A stretch of 20,136 nucleotides of DNA. Origin: Oligoflexales bacterium (GTDB taxonomy: Bacteria; Bdellovibrionota_B; Oligoflexia; Oligoflexales; Bog-1112). The translations under genes were made by a program, and so were the position numbers. Shown in pieces: positions 7,998 through 16,320 of the stretch. Position 1 is the first letter of the stretch. Each line of letters begins with the position of its first letter. The notes under the pieces are model-generated. The model had not been told where the DNA came from. It did not search any database and saw nothing but the letters and a program-made list of their open reading frames with translations. The stretch lies in assembly GCA_045106415.1 (NCBI GenBank), contig JBGCEP010000080.1:1-20136 (forward strand), written 5' to 3'.

Positions 7998-8864
7998 TTA
8001 GGCTCTTATTGATCCTTTGTTTTTGAGGCACTTATTGGAGAGTCGCTGGTAGGCTATTTGAAGTTTTTGAAAACCCTCTGGCGAACCACCAGGAATATCT
8101 GGGTGATGCACCCGAGCCAGTTGATAATAGCGGCGTTTTAATTCGTTTATAGATGGTAAGGAACTGAACTTAAAGAGTTCTAGATCATTGTCTTTAACAG
8201 TTTTTTGAGGTGGAATTCGAGTGGGCCATGTTTTGTGAAGACTTTCTTTTGAGAAGGCTTTTGTTTTTCTATGCAAAGACCAATAGCAACTGTCGAGAAG
8301 TGTCTGTGCTTGATGCAGTTCTTGAGCGATGCTTCTGAGGAAGCGATCCAGAGAAGAGCTTTGTAGAGATGGATGCAAAGTTTTTGGTTGTTTGAGAGAT
8401 ATGGATCCCCAAGGCGCAGGGAGTAAGTCGATTTCAGTAAGTGCTAAGTTTAATTCAAGAATTTGGTACCAGAGGCACCCAGGAGTGGTAAAGCAGGGTT
8501 TTTGCTTGATGCGCCATGCTCTCTCTATTTGCAGCATGAGAATTTCTGGTTGAACAAGTAGAGGGTTGAGGATCGGGGTATCTTTGATGTCTTGGTGAAA
8601 CGGTCCTGTGAGGTTAGCTTGGTTTTTTTCAAAAAAATGAGGCACCTTTCTGGTGTTAAGGCTAGGGAGGCGAGCATCAATGTTTTTCTTGAGAGCTGCT
8701 ATGTTTTGAGATAGTTCGCTGACTCTATCTTGACTGTCAGAGGTTAGGTGAGAGCGAAGAGTATGGGAAAAAGAACGTCTCATTTCTAAGGAATCAATAA
8801 GGGAGTCCAGTGCATAATGGACAGACGATATGGATCTAACACCTTCAAACCAATCGAAATGCAT
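7998..8864 (-). CDS. C-terminal J-domain (DnaJ-like) protein with unknown N-terminal region
   Basis: ELKRRYYQLARVHHPDIPGGSPEGFQKLQIAYQRL, a J-domain with intact HPD; GAGG SD upstream. Confidence 0.8.
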   Translation of the reverse strand: MHFDWFEGVRSISSVHYALDSLIDSLEMRRSFSHTLRSHLTSDSQDRVSELSQNIAALKKNIDARLPSLNTRKVPHFFEKNQANLTGPFHQDIKDTPILNPLLVQPEILMLQIERAWRIKQKPCFTTPGCLWYQILELNLALTEIDLLPAPWGSISLKQPKTLHPSLQSSSLDRFLRSIAQELHQAQTLLDSCYWSLHRKTKAFSKESLHKTWPTRIPPQKTVKDNDLELFKFSSLPSINELKRRYYQLARVHHPDIPGGSPEGFQKLQIAYQRLSNKCLKNKGSIRA

Positions 8865-8880
8865 TGGGTAAACCTCTTAT

Positions 8881-9366
8881 TTATGAAGGTAATGATGAGT
8901 CTGAAGCTGAAGGAAGAGATATGTTGTGATCCTCTAGCACTTGAGCGAGTTGATTGATCTCAGTGGCAACCTCACCAAAAGCGTCACCTTTTCGAAGCTG
9001 GATCCGACTAGAGAAGTTTCCGATTTGCATCTGCTGAAGCTGGTTACAAAATGCAACGGTAGGTCCAACCATGCGGTGTGTGTAAATAATAGATAGCAAA
9101 ATAGCTGCTGAAGTATAAGCAAGAAGAAGGCCAATGAGAGCAATGACAGTTTGACGAATTCCATTTAAGAAGAACTGATGAACCTCAGACTCCATGTCTG
9201 TGAGAGTTAATACAGTCGAGACAAGCTCTTTGAGCGAGCTGTACAGAACATAACTTGTTCCAGCTGCAAAAAAGAGTGAAAGAAGAACAAGATAAATTCC
9301 CATTGTCATCTGAATGGTCGGTTGCATAAGAAAATTTCTGAATTTTCGATGTCCGATCGTACTCAT
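8881..9366 (-). CDS. Membrane protein with two TM helices and a HAMP domain, no output domain
   Basis: Two hydrophobic helices followed by THRMVGP...GNFSSRIQLRKGDAFGEVATEINQL (HAMP-like); GGAGAG SD. Confidence 0.75.
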   Translation of the reverse strand: MSTIGHRKFRNFLMQPTIQMTMGIYLVLLSLFFAAGTSYVLYSSLKELVSTVLTLTDMESEVHQFFLNGIRQTVIALIGLLLAYTSAAILLSIIYTHRMVGPTVAFCNQLQQMQIGNFSSRIQLRKGDAFGEVATEINQLAQVLEDHNISLPSASDSSLPS

Positions 9367-9536
9367 ATTCTCTCCGCTGGAATCACATTGCTTTCTATTT
9401 TAGCAGCCTATGAATACGAGATGAAATATTGAGAGTTTTTTTAATAAAAAGATCAAGAAAGTGATGGTTCCAATCATAAGAATTAAACGGTATGGTGTGT
9501 GAAGTAAAATGATGGATTCGTGAAAAGAGGTTGTCA

Positions 9537-11162
9537 ATGGCAAGTGTAGCTACTCCTCCAAAGCCTTGGAATGAGAAAATATTTTCCTATGAACCAGGGA
9601 GTGAATGTCGTGAAAAATTACAAGCAGAGCTTGATAAGCAGCTGCGGCATGTGGAATCAATTCCTACAGTGATCGGAGGCCAACGGTTTGAGTCTGGCTC
9701 ACAAATATCAATAAGAGCTCCTCATGATCATCAGCATGAGCTTGCACGTTTGCATACGGTGACAAAAGAGCAAGTGCAGTCTGCTATTCAAACGTCTGTG
9801 GCGACGCAAAGAGCTTGGTCAGACCTTCCTTGGGAACACAGAGCCGCCGTTTTCTTGAAAGCGGCTGATTTATTAGCAAATAAGTACCGTTGGAAAATTA
9901 ACGCGGCAACAATGCTTGGGCAAGGAAAGTCGTGTTTTCAAGCTGAGATTGACGCAGCTTGTGAACTTGCCGATTTTTTAAGGTTTAATGTTTCTTTTGC
10001 AAGGCAAATCTACCAAGAACAGCCCATGTATTCTGATCATGGGCTGTGGAATCGAGTGGAAGTTAGAGGTCTAGAAGGATTTGTTTTTGCGATTGGTCCC
10101 TTTAACTTTACAGCAATTTCTGTGAATTTAGCGGCTGCCCCTGCTTTAATGGGGTGCGGAGTGCTGTGGAAACCAGCCCCACAAGCTGCACTTGCATCGT
10201 GGTATATGCTTGAGATTTTAGAAGAGGCAGGTCTTCCTCCAGGAGTTATTCAAATGGTAAATGGGGACCCTAAAATGATTGGGGATCTTGCATTAGCATC
10301 ACCGGATCTTTCTGGGATTCACTTTACAGGTTCAACACAAACCTTTGATCATATTTGGAGTACAGTTGGCTCTAAGATTCGTGATTATAAACACTATCCA
10401 CGTATTGTTGGTGAAACTGGAGGTAAAGACTTTGTCTTTATGCACGAAGAAGCTGATCCTCAGCAGGTAGTGACAGGATTAATTCGTGGAGCATTTGAAT
10501 ACCAAGGCCAGAAGTGCTCAGCTGCTTCTAGGGCATATATTCCGTCGAGCCGTTGGGCAGAGTTGAAGCCTATTTTAGTAGAGCAATGTGCTTCCCTTAA
10601 AATGGGAAATCCTTGTGATTTTAATAATTTTATGGGCCCAGTTATTGATGAGAAATCTTTTAAAAAGATTCAAGGTTATATCGATTATGCAAAAGAATCT
10701 AAAGATGCAGAAGTGATTTGCGGTGGTGAGTGTTTAGGGGATACGGGCTACTTTGTTCAGCCGACTTTGGTTGTGACAACCAATCCTAAACATAAGTTAA
10801 TGATCGAAGAAATTTTTGGTCCAGTCCTCACGCTATATGTTTATGATGCAGATAAGCTGGATGAAACACTTGAGCTCTGCGATCAGAGTACGCCCTATGC
10901 ACTGACTGGTGCGATCTTTGCAAAAAATCGGCAAACGATAGAAATGTTGAGCCAAAAACTTAAATACTCAGCTGGGAATTTTTACATTAATGATAAGCCA
11001 ACAGGAGCTGTTGTTGGACAACAACCTTTTGGGGGAAGTCGACGTTCAGGAACAAACGATAAAGCTGGGAGTGCATTGAATCTTCAGCGGTGGGTGAGTC
11101 ATCGCACGATGAAAGAAAATTTTGTTACACCTGTGGATCATCATTATCCACATATGGGATAG
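9537..11162 (+). CDS. pruA: L-glutamate gamma-semialdehyde (P5C) dehydrogenase
   Basis: ALDH4-type motifs ATMLGQGK, AEIDAACELADF, PFNFTAI, HFTGST, GETGGKDF (Glu), FEYQGQKCSA (Cys), EEIFGP, NDKPTGAVVGQQPFGG, SGTNDKAG. ATG 9537 is 6 nt after AGAGG, so preferred over TTG 9531. Confidence 0.93.
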   Translation: MASVATPPKPWNEKIFSYEPGSECREKLQAELDKQLRHVESIPTVIGGQRFESGSQISIRAPHDHQHELARLHTVTKEQVQSAIQTSVATQRAWSDLPWEHRAAVFLKAADLLANKYRWKINAATMLGQGKSCFQAEIDAACELADFLRFNVSFARQIYQEQPMYSDHGLWNRVEVRGLEGFVFAIGPFNFTAISVNLAAAPALMGCGVLWKPAPQAALASWYMLEILEEAGLPPGVIQMVNGDPKMIGDLALASPDLSGIHFTGSTQTFDHIWSTVGSKIRDYKHYPRIVGETGGKDFVFMHEEADPQQVVTGLIRGAFEYQGQKCSAASRAYIPSSRWAELKPILVEQCASLKMGNPCDFNNFMGPVIDEKSFKKIQGYIDYAKESKDAEVICGGECLGDTGYFVQPTLVVTTNPKHKLMIEEIFGPVLTLYVYDADKLDETLELCDQSTPYALTGAIFAKNRQTIEMLSQKLKYSAGNFYINDKPTGAVVGQQPFGGSRRSGTNDKAGSALNLQRWVSHRTMKENFVTPVDHHYPHMG

Positions 11163-11164
11163 CT

Positions 11165-11641
11165 GTGCCTTTGAAGCTTTTAACGCATTCTTTATGGAAA
11201 CAGCAGGTTGGCATACTGTGGTGGTGTTTGAGAAAAGTTCCAATGCTTTTTTGGGTGAAGCCAAAAGTATTGGAGCTGACACCACAGTGCTGTCGCTTGC
11301 AAGTTCCTCTTAACTGGCGGACAAAAAACCATGTTGGCTCGATGTATTTTGGTGCTTTGCTGAGTGCTGCAGACTTAGTGTGTGGTTTGCTTGTTTTAGG
11401 AGTCATGGAGGAACAGCAGCTTCCCTGTAGGCTATTGTTTAAAGAGGTGCATGGAAAGTTTTTAAGGAGACCTGAAGACAAAGTAGAGTTTTGCTGTGTG
11501 CGAAACACATCCTTAGAGAAAACGTTTCTTTCACTCCAGTCCTCTGGTGGTAAAGCTTTTGCAGATTTGAAGGTGCAGGCTTTTAGCCAAGGGGAGCTTG
11601 TTGCTGAGTTTGAGCTTGAGGTTGCCTTGAAAAGGTTATGA
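11165..11641 (+). CDS. Hot-dog-fold putative thioesterase (DUF4442/YiiD-like)
   Basis: VPLNWRTKNHVGSMYFGALLSAADL and KFLRRPE motifs. Likely start GTG 11165, just after the pruA stop; the track's start at 11090 overlaps pruA. Confidence 0.75.
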   Translation: MPLKLLTHSLWKQQVGILWWCLRKVPMLFWVKPKVLELTPQCCRLQVPLNWRTKNHVGSMYFGALLSAADLVCGLLVLGVMEEQQLPCRLLFKEVHGKFLRRPEDKVEFCCVRNTSLEKTFLSLQSSGGKAFADLKVQAFSQGELVAEFELEVALKRL

Positions 11642-11808
11642 AGCCGAAATTCAAATCGTCTGTAGGATATAACAATAATGGCTTGTGTTAAATTTTCTTA
11701 TAAGTTTTTGAAATCCCAAAATAAATAAGACTTTCGATAAAAAAACAATGAGTTCTATTTTTTTTGGTATCATAACCCTGTATCAAAAACTTGTGCTGGA
11801 AACTCTTT

Positions 11809-12567
11809 ATGCGTCTTTTTTCTGTATATGTTTTTTCTTTGTTAGGTTGGTGTGCTTTATTTCTTGAACCTGTTCAAGCCAAGTATTTAAAAGTTTATAC
11901 CCTTGACGGGCGAGGAGGTGGAGAGGTTCATCTTTCAACTTTAAGCCAGTCTTTATCTAAGAGTCCTTTTTTACTATCGTTAAAAAGTAAAATAAAAACA
12001 GACGTTTTTTTTGTCGGTCACGGTTCGGTGGTTGCTTCTGGAGTTTTGATTAAAGAGAATGTTGTGATTAATGAGCGTGTGACAGTTGCGGAAGGAGCGA
12101 AGATTTTTAGCGGTGTTCACCTTTCTAATGATGTTAAAATAGGTGAATCAACAGTGCTTCATGATGAAGTTTTTGTTGGTTCAGCCTCGAGAGTCGGTCG
12201 TCACGTTTATGTGAGATCAAAGACAAGAATAGGGAATCATGTTCGTATTTTGGATAGATCTAAGGTTGATTCTTTAGTTACTGTTCGAGATGGGGTTGTT
12301 TTAGAAAATGATACTGAGATAGGTTATGCGGCTGATATTGGTGAAAATGTGATAATAAAAGAACATAGTCGTGTTTCGATAGCGCAAAAGGTGCCGGCAG
12401 TGAGACAAGAAGCCTTTTGTAGAGGAAGATCTTTATCGAAAGAAGTGATAAAAAAGCTGTATATGAAAAACCCCCCTCTACCCAGTGTGACTGCTTGTGA
12501 CCTTATGTTTCCTAAAATTCCAAGTGGAGCGATATTTTTTGAAGGCATGTCTAGCCAATCTCGCTAG
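11809..12567 (+). CDS. Secreted hexapeptide-repeat (left-handed beta-helix) protein
   Basis: Signal peptide MRLFSVYVFSLLGWCALFLEPVQA, then about 21 contiguous hexapeptides (SVVASG VLIKEN VVINER VTVAEG AKIFSG VHLSND VKIGES ... ADIGEN VIIKEH). Confidence 0.8.
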   Translation: MRLFSVYVFSLLGWCALFLEPVQAKYLKVYTLDGRGGGEVHLSTLSQSLSKSPFLLSLKSKIKTDVFFVGHGSVVASGVLIKENVVINERVTVAEGAKIFSGVHLSNDVKIGESTVLHDEVFVGSASRVGRHVYVRSKTRIGNHVRILDRSKVDSLVTVRDGVVLENDTEIGYAADIGENVIIKEHSRVSIAQKVPAVRQEAFCRGRSLSKEVIKKLYMKNPPLPSVTACDLMFPKIPSGAIFFEGMSSQSR

Positions 12568-12594
12568 AGCGATTGTTGTTGTATAAGAGACTGT

Positions 12595-12625
12595 AAAAAG
12601 AGCTTTGTTGGAGGCTCTTTTTTTT
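12595..12625 (+). terminator. Rho-independent terminator
   Basis: AAAAAGAGCTT / AGGCTCTTTTT stem with a T8 run, 28 nt after the stop at 12567. Confidence 0.8.
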
Positions 12626-12672
12626 GTGACACAGCGTCTTTGTCTGAAAAGTGAACGGAAAGCAGAACCTGT

Positions 12673-12709
12673 TTGCAAGATGTATGGCGTCTGGCTATAA
12701 TCCAGACGC
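12673..12709 (+). promoter_or_regulatory. Sigma70-type promoter of the peroxiredoxin gene with a palindromic operator candidate
   Basis: TTGCAA (12673-12678), 17 nt, TATAAT (12696-12701). The -10 is flanked by the perfect repeat GCGTCTGG (12687-12694) / CCAGACGC (12702-12709). Confidence 0.7.
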
Positions 12710-12749
12710 TTTCCTTGAAAAAGGAATTTGTATCATTTTGGAGGTGAAC

Positions 12750-13331
12750 ATGTCTGTTCTTGTTGGTAAACCAGCTCCTGATTTTCAGGCGACTGCTGTT
12801 GTGAATGGTGATTTTCAGGATAACTTTAAGCTGAGCGATTTTCGTGGAAAATATGCGCTGCTGTTCTTTTACCCGTTAGATTTTACGTTTGTATGTCCGA
12901 CTGAGTTGCATGCGTTTCAAGAAAAACTAGAAAACTTCAAAAAATTAAATTGCGAAGTGATTGGTGTTTCTATTGACTCTCATTTTAGTCATCATGCGTG
13001 GCTGAATACCCCTAAATCTGAAGGTGGTATTGAGGGTGTGAACTACCCACTCGTTTCAGATATTAATAAAACGATCGCGCGTGATTATGATGTCTTGATC
13101 CCTGGAGCAGGTATTGCTTTAAGAGGAGCGTTCCTTATCGATAAAGAAGGTATTGTTCGTCATCAAACCATTAACGACCTTCCTCTTGGTCGTAATATTG
13201 ATGAGTACACGCGCCTTCTTGAAGCTTTGCAGTTTACTGAAGAACACGGCGAAGTGTGTCCAGCAAATTGGAAAAAGGGCGAAAAAAGCATGAAGCCTGA
13301 CCAAACAGGCTTGAAGTCTTACTTTGGTTAA
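12750..13331 (+). CDS. ahpC: Typical 2-Cys peroxiredoxin (AhpC/Prx1/TsaA)
   Basis: [13 protein letters not shown] (peroxidatic Cys) and GEVCPANW (resolving Cys); start ATG 12750 behind GGAGG; 193 aa. Confidence 0.93.
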   Translation: MSVLVGKPAPDFQATAVVNGDFQDNFKLSDFRGKYALLFFYPLDFTFVCPTELHAFQEKLENFKKLNCEVIGVSIDSHFSHHAWLNTPKSEGGIEGVNYPLVSDINKTIARDYDVLIPGAGIALRGAFLIDKEGIVRHQTINDLPLGRNIDEYTRLLEALQFTEEHGEVCPANWKKGEKSMKPDQTGLKSYFG

Positions 13332-13342
13332 CTGAGGATCTT

Positions 13343-14197
13343 ATGCAGCAACTAGGCAGTTTTCTTGAAGTGATAGACCAATACGATGCGTTTTTCTTTG
13401 ATGCTTTTGGAGTGTTGATTCATTCTCAAGGAGCTTTGCCTGGTGCTGCAGAAGCCTTGGCTCTGCTTGAAGAGCGACAAAAATCATGGCTTGTGGTCTC
13501 GAACGGGGCAAAATTTCCAAGGCAAATGACAGCTCAAGGTTATCGCCGTCGAGGTCTTCCTATTCCAGATGATAAAGTTCTAACATCAGGAATGATGTTG
13601 CAGAATTATTTTGAGCATGAAGGTCTACACGGAGCTCCAACTTTATGGGTGGGGCCGGAATGTTCAAAGGTTCTTGTTGAATCAGCAGGTGCAGAACTTG
13701 TAGGTCTTCAGGATCCTTTTGAAGTTTTGGTCATTACCGATGGGTTCCGTGATCAATATCTTGAAACTATGGGGAAAGTAATTTCGGCGATTTACCGAGC
13801 GGTTGAAGCAAATCGTTCTATTCGCCTCGTTCTTCCAAATCCAGATTTGTTATTCCCAGCTGCTGATGGAGAGTTTGGTGTCACCTCTGGTGCTGCTGCT
13901 TCTCTTATCGAAGAGGCGATACAGCTTCGCTACCCAGGGCTTGAGCTGACTTTTGAAAAACTGGGAAAACCTTACGGGTTTATGTTTGATGTAGCGAAAA
14001 AAATGACAGGTGCACGCAAACCCTTGATGCTTGGAGATCAGTTGCCTACAGATATTCAAGGGGCTGTGACAGCTGGAATAGATAGCGTGCTTCTGGGGAG
14101 TGGTTTAACCCCCCAGAAGGTGTTGCTTAGTGGTTGTGTCCCTTGTGAGGGTCCGCAGCCGACTTATTCTTTGATGTCCCTGGCTCAGGGGCTTTAA
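13343..14197 (+). CDS. HAD-superfamily subfamily IIA hydrolase (NagD-like)
   Basis: Motif I variant FFFDAFGVL, VSN, NPD, GKPY, GDQLPTDIQGA and C-terminal PTY; GAGG SD; 11 nt after ahpC. Confidence 0.85.
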   Translation: MQQLGSFLEVIDQYDAFFFDAFGVLIHSQGALPGAAEALALLEERQKSWLVVSNGAKFPRQMTAQGYRRRGLPIPDDKVLTSGMMLQNYFEHEGLHGAPTLWVGPECSKVLVESAGAELVGLQDPFEVLVITDGFRDQYLETMGKVISAIYRAVEANRSIRLVLPNPDLLFPAADGEFGVTSGAAASLIEEAIQLRYPGLELTFEKLGKPYGFMFDVAKKMTGARKPLMLGDQLPTDIQGAVTAGIDSVLLGSGLTPQKVLLSGCVPCEGPQPTYSLMSLAQGL

Positions 14198-14858
14198 GGA
14201 TTTCTAAAAGTTCAACTTCAAAAATAAGCACAGAGTTTGGGGGGATTTTAGGGTGACGCATGGTCCCGTAGCCTAGTTCAGGTGGGATTGTAAGGCGTCT
14301 TTTTTCCCCAACCTTCATCATTGGGATCCCTTCTTGCCAGCCCTTAATGACGCGGTTTAAATCAAGGTCAATAGGTTCTTTTCTTTCATAAGAACTGTCA
14401 AAAATTTCTCCGGTCACTAATTTTCCTTCATAGTGAACCTTCACTTTGCTTCCATTTTTTGGTGAGTCTCCCTTATCTACAGCTTTTAGTACTTCAAACT
14501 GAAGGCCGCTTTCTGTTGTCGTGACACCCTTTTTCTTCCCGTTTTCTGCTAGGATATTTTTGCTTTTTTCAATGTTTTCAGCAGCTTGTTTTTCTTCTTG
14601 CTCTTGTAGAAGCTTTCGCATGTCAACCATGGCCTGTTTCATGTCTTCAGGTGTCATGGGAGATTTCTTACCTTCAACTGTATGTTCGATGGCTGTAAGG
14701 AGTGTTTTTAAATCGAGAATATCCTTCCTTGTGTGGATATGTCCGCCCATTTGCTCTCCAAGAGCCCATGAAATTTTTTCTTTTTGAGTTTTTGGCTCAG
14801 GTGTACAGCTGACATGAGGTGTGACTGCAAAAGCTAGGCAAAGCGTTATTTTCTTCAA
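14127..14858 (-). CDS. fkpA: FKBP-type peptidyl-prolyl isomerase (FkpA/Mip-like), possible lipoprotein
   Basis: N-terminal dimerisation region, then TTTESGLQF, VKVHYEG, FDSSY, VIKGWQEG, IPPELGYG, IPPNSVLIFEVELL. TTG start behind AGGAG; signal ends VSC (lipobox-like). Confidence 0.88.
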   Translation of the reverse strand: MKKITLCLAFAVTPHVSCTPEPKTQKEKISWALGEQMGGHIHTRKDILDLKTLLTAIEHTVEGKKSPMTPEDMKQAMVDMRKLLQEQEEKQAAENIEKSKNILAENGKKKGVTTTESGLQFEVLKAVDKGDSPKNGSKVKVHYEGKLVTGEIFDSSYERKEPIDLDLNRVIKGWQEGIPMMKVGEKRRLTIPPELGYGTMRHPKIPPNSVLIFEVELLEILKAPEPGTSKNKSAADPHKGHNH

Positions 14859-15034
14859 GATCGTGTTCTCCTACATATGTCGTAAAAATAGGTACTTCGA
14901 GCTCGATTGTAACTGATGTTTTGGAAGAACGATATGATTTTAAGATTTTTATGGTTCTTGAAAAATAATTTTTTCGGATAGCATTTTGTTTTTGTATTTG
15001 AGTTTTTATTAATCAAAAGCCGTGGTGCTTTGTG

Positions 15035-15256
15035 TTACGGAAAACCTTTTGATGAGGGTGTTGTCTCTTGATCGGAGAGAGTTGTGTCATTTGCTGAATC
15101 TGGTTGAGAAAGAACTTTCTTAAGGTCGTCAATACAGCTCCCGCAAGAACTTCCTGCTCCGCACCTTGATTGAAGCTCCTTAAGAGTTGAGCCGCCTTGA
15201 GCAACAACCTCTCTTAGTCTTTTTTCTGATAGACCAAAGCAAAGGCAGACAAACAT
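15035..15256 (-). CDS. bfd: Bacterioferritin-associated [2Fe-2S] ferredoxin
   Basis: MFVCLC...CGAGSSCGSC Bfd cysteine pattern. ATG 15256 lies behind GGAGG (73 aa); the track's upstream extension is AT-rich promoter DNA. Confidence 0.85.
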   Translation of the reverse strand: MFVCLCFGLSEKRLREVVAQGGSTLKELQSRCGAGSSCGSCIDDLKKVLSQPDSANDTTLSDQETTPSSKGFP

Positions 15257-15303
15257 GGTTTCCTCCGTGTATTCACAAAAACTCTTATCGGTATATTCTA
15301 CAC

Positions 15304-15323
15304 AATATTGATAATTATTCTTA
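15304..15323. promoter_or_regulatory. Fur-box-like operator upstream of bfd
   Basis: AATATTGATAATTATTCTT (15304-15322) matches GATAATGATAATCATTATC at 14/19. It sits just upstream of a minus-strand -10 TAGAAT (15300-15295). bfd is Fur-regulated in other bacteria. Confidence 0.65.
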
Positions 15324-15339
15324 ATAACAATATAAGTAT

Positions 15340-15363
15340 TTGATTTTAAACAATTAAAATCAA
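15340..15363. repeat. Perfect 10-bp inverted repeat TTGATTTTAA-ACAA-TTAAAATCAA
   Basis: Read directly: arms at 15340-15349 and 15354-15363, upstream of the bfd promoter. Confidence 0.6.
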
Positions 15364-15421
15364 TGATATTTAACTTCAAGTATTTTTTAAAGATCAAATA
15401 TTGTGTGGGGACTGTGGGTAT

Positions 15422-16147
15422 TTAGTGCCGAGAAAATCGTTTTTTCCGCAGGGACTCAAGCGGGGATTTATTGTTGAGGTAGCGTTTGTAACGAGGTGTT
15501 ATGTGTTTGTGTCGTGTTTGTTGTGATGGCTTTTGCGTGTCCATGGTGATTTGGAGGTTTTTGAGTTCATAGAGGAGGTGTGGAATGCTTTGAGCGATAG
15601 CCTCTACTGTGAGTAATTGTTTTTTTATAGATTGTATCTCGGTTCGCAGTGGTGACAAGCTTTGTTGAAGGTTGCGATGCGATGTGTTTAAAAGGCTTTG
15701 AAGTTGATCACAGAGTTTTTGATGTATGGTGCGGATTTTGTGCTCTAGAGCTTTTGAGTCAGAAGTTTTCGCTAGGGCGGTGTTGTGAGAGATGTGTTGT
15801 GGAGCCTTTGATAAAATTTCTGATATCTTAGCCTCAAACTGTTGTTGAAGTTCAGAGAGTTCTGCGTTTGATTTTTGTTTGGTCGCTGGGGCTCGGGACC
15901 AGTTTAAATAATTTTCAATATCTTGTGGCCGAAAAACTGGGCGGATATAGCGGTCGATACGAGTTCGGCCCACTCTAAGTTCTTTGCCGGATATTTGAGT
16001 TAGTCTAGAACGCTTAATTTGTAATTGTGCCATGACCGCGTCTGCATCCATTGTAAATTCAGAAAAATAGTCCTCCTCACCAGTGAGCCAGACGGTCATA
16101 GGAAGGTCGAGATTTTCGCTGGCTTGAGTAGGGGGTGTTTCGTTCAA
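15422..16147 (-). CDS. Hypothetical protein: MerR/excisionase-like HTH followed by a coiled coil
   Basis: MDADAVMAQLQIKRSRLTQI...RPVFRPQDIENYL resembles an Xis/MerR-type HTH; heptad-rich central region and basic tail; TTG start behind AAGGAGG. Confidence 0.6.
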   Translation of the reverse strand: MNETPPTQASENLDLPMTVWLTGEEDYFSEFTMDADAVMAQLQIKRSRLTQISGKELRVGRTRIDRYIRPVFRPQDIENYLNWSRAPATKQKSNAELSELQQQFEAKISEILSKAPQHISHNTALAKTSDSKALEHKIRTIHQKLCDQLQSLLNTSHRNLQQSLSPLRTEIQSIKKQLLTVEAIAQSIPHLLYELKNLQITMDTQKPSQQTRHKHITPRYKRYLNNKSPLESLRKKRFSRH

Positions 16148-16320
16148 GAGAAACCTCCTTTGAGTGGGTTCATGTTTTTGTGTTCAAAATTAACAGCAGA
16201 TACTCAAAACGATAACTGAGCTCGAGTCAAGTCACAAACTTTTTGGTTGTGTTTTTAAGGATGGTTTTTCATTTGTCCCGGCTGATAATTGTCGGAGTTA
16301 TGTTGATAAGGGAGGTGGTT

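Noticed and set aside
7998..8864. J-domain protein as HscB in an Fe-S cluster with sufS and bfd
   Set aside because: HscB has an N-terminal J-domain and sits in isc operons; these genes are kilobases apart and differently oriented.
12651..12749. N-terminal extension of the peroxiredoxin
   Set aside because: Overlaps the promoter; GGAGG precedes ATG 12750.
15257..15397. N-terminal extension of Bfd
   Set aside because: AT-rich promoter and Fur-box DNA; Bfd proteins begin at MxVCxC.
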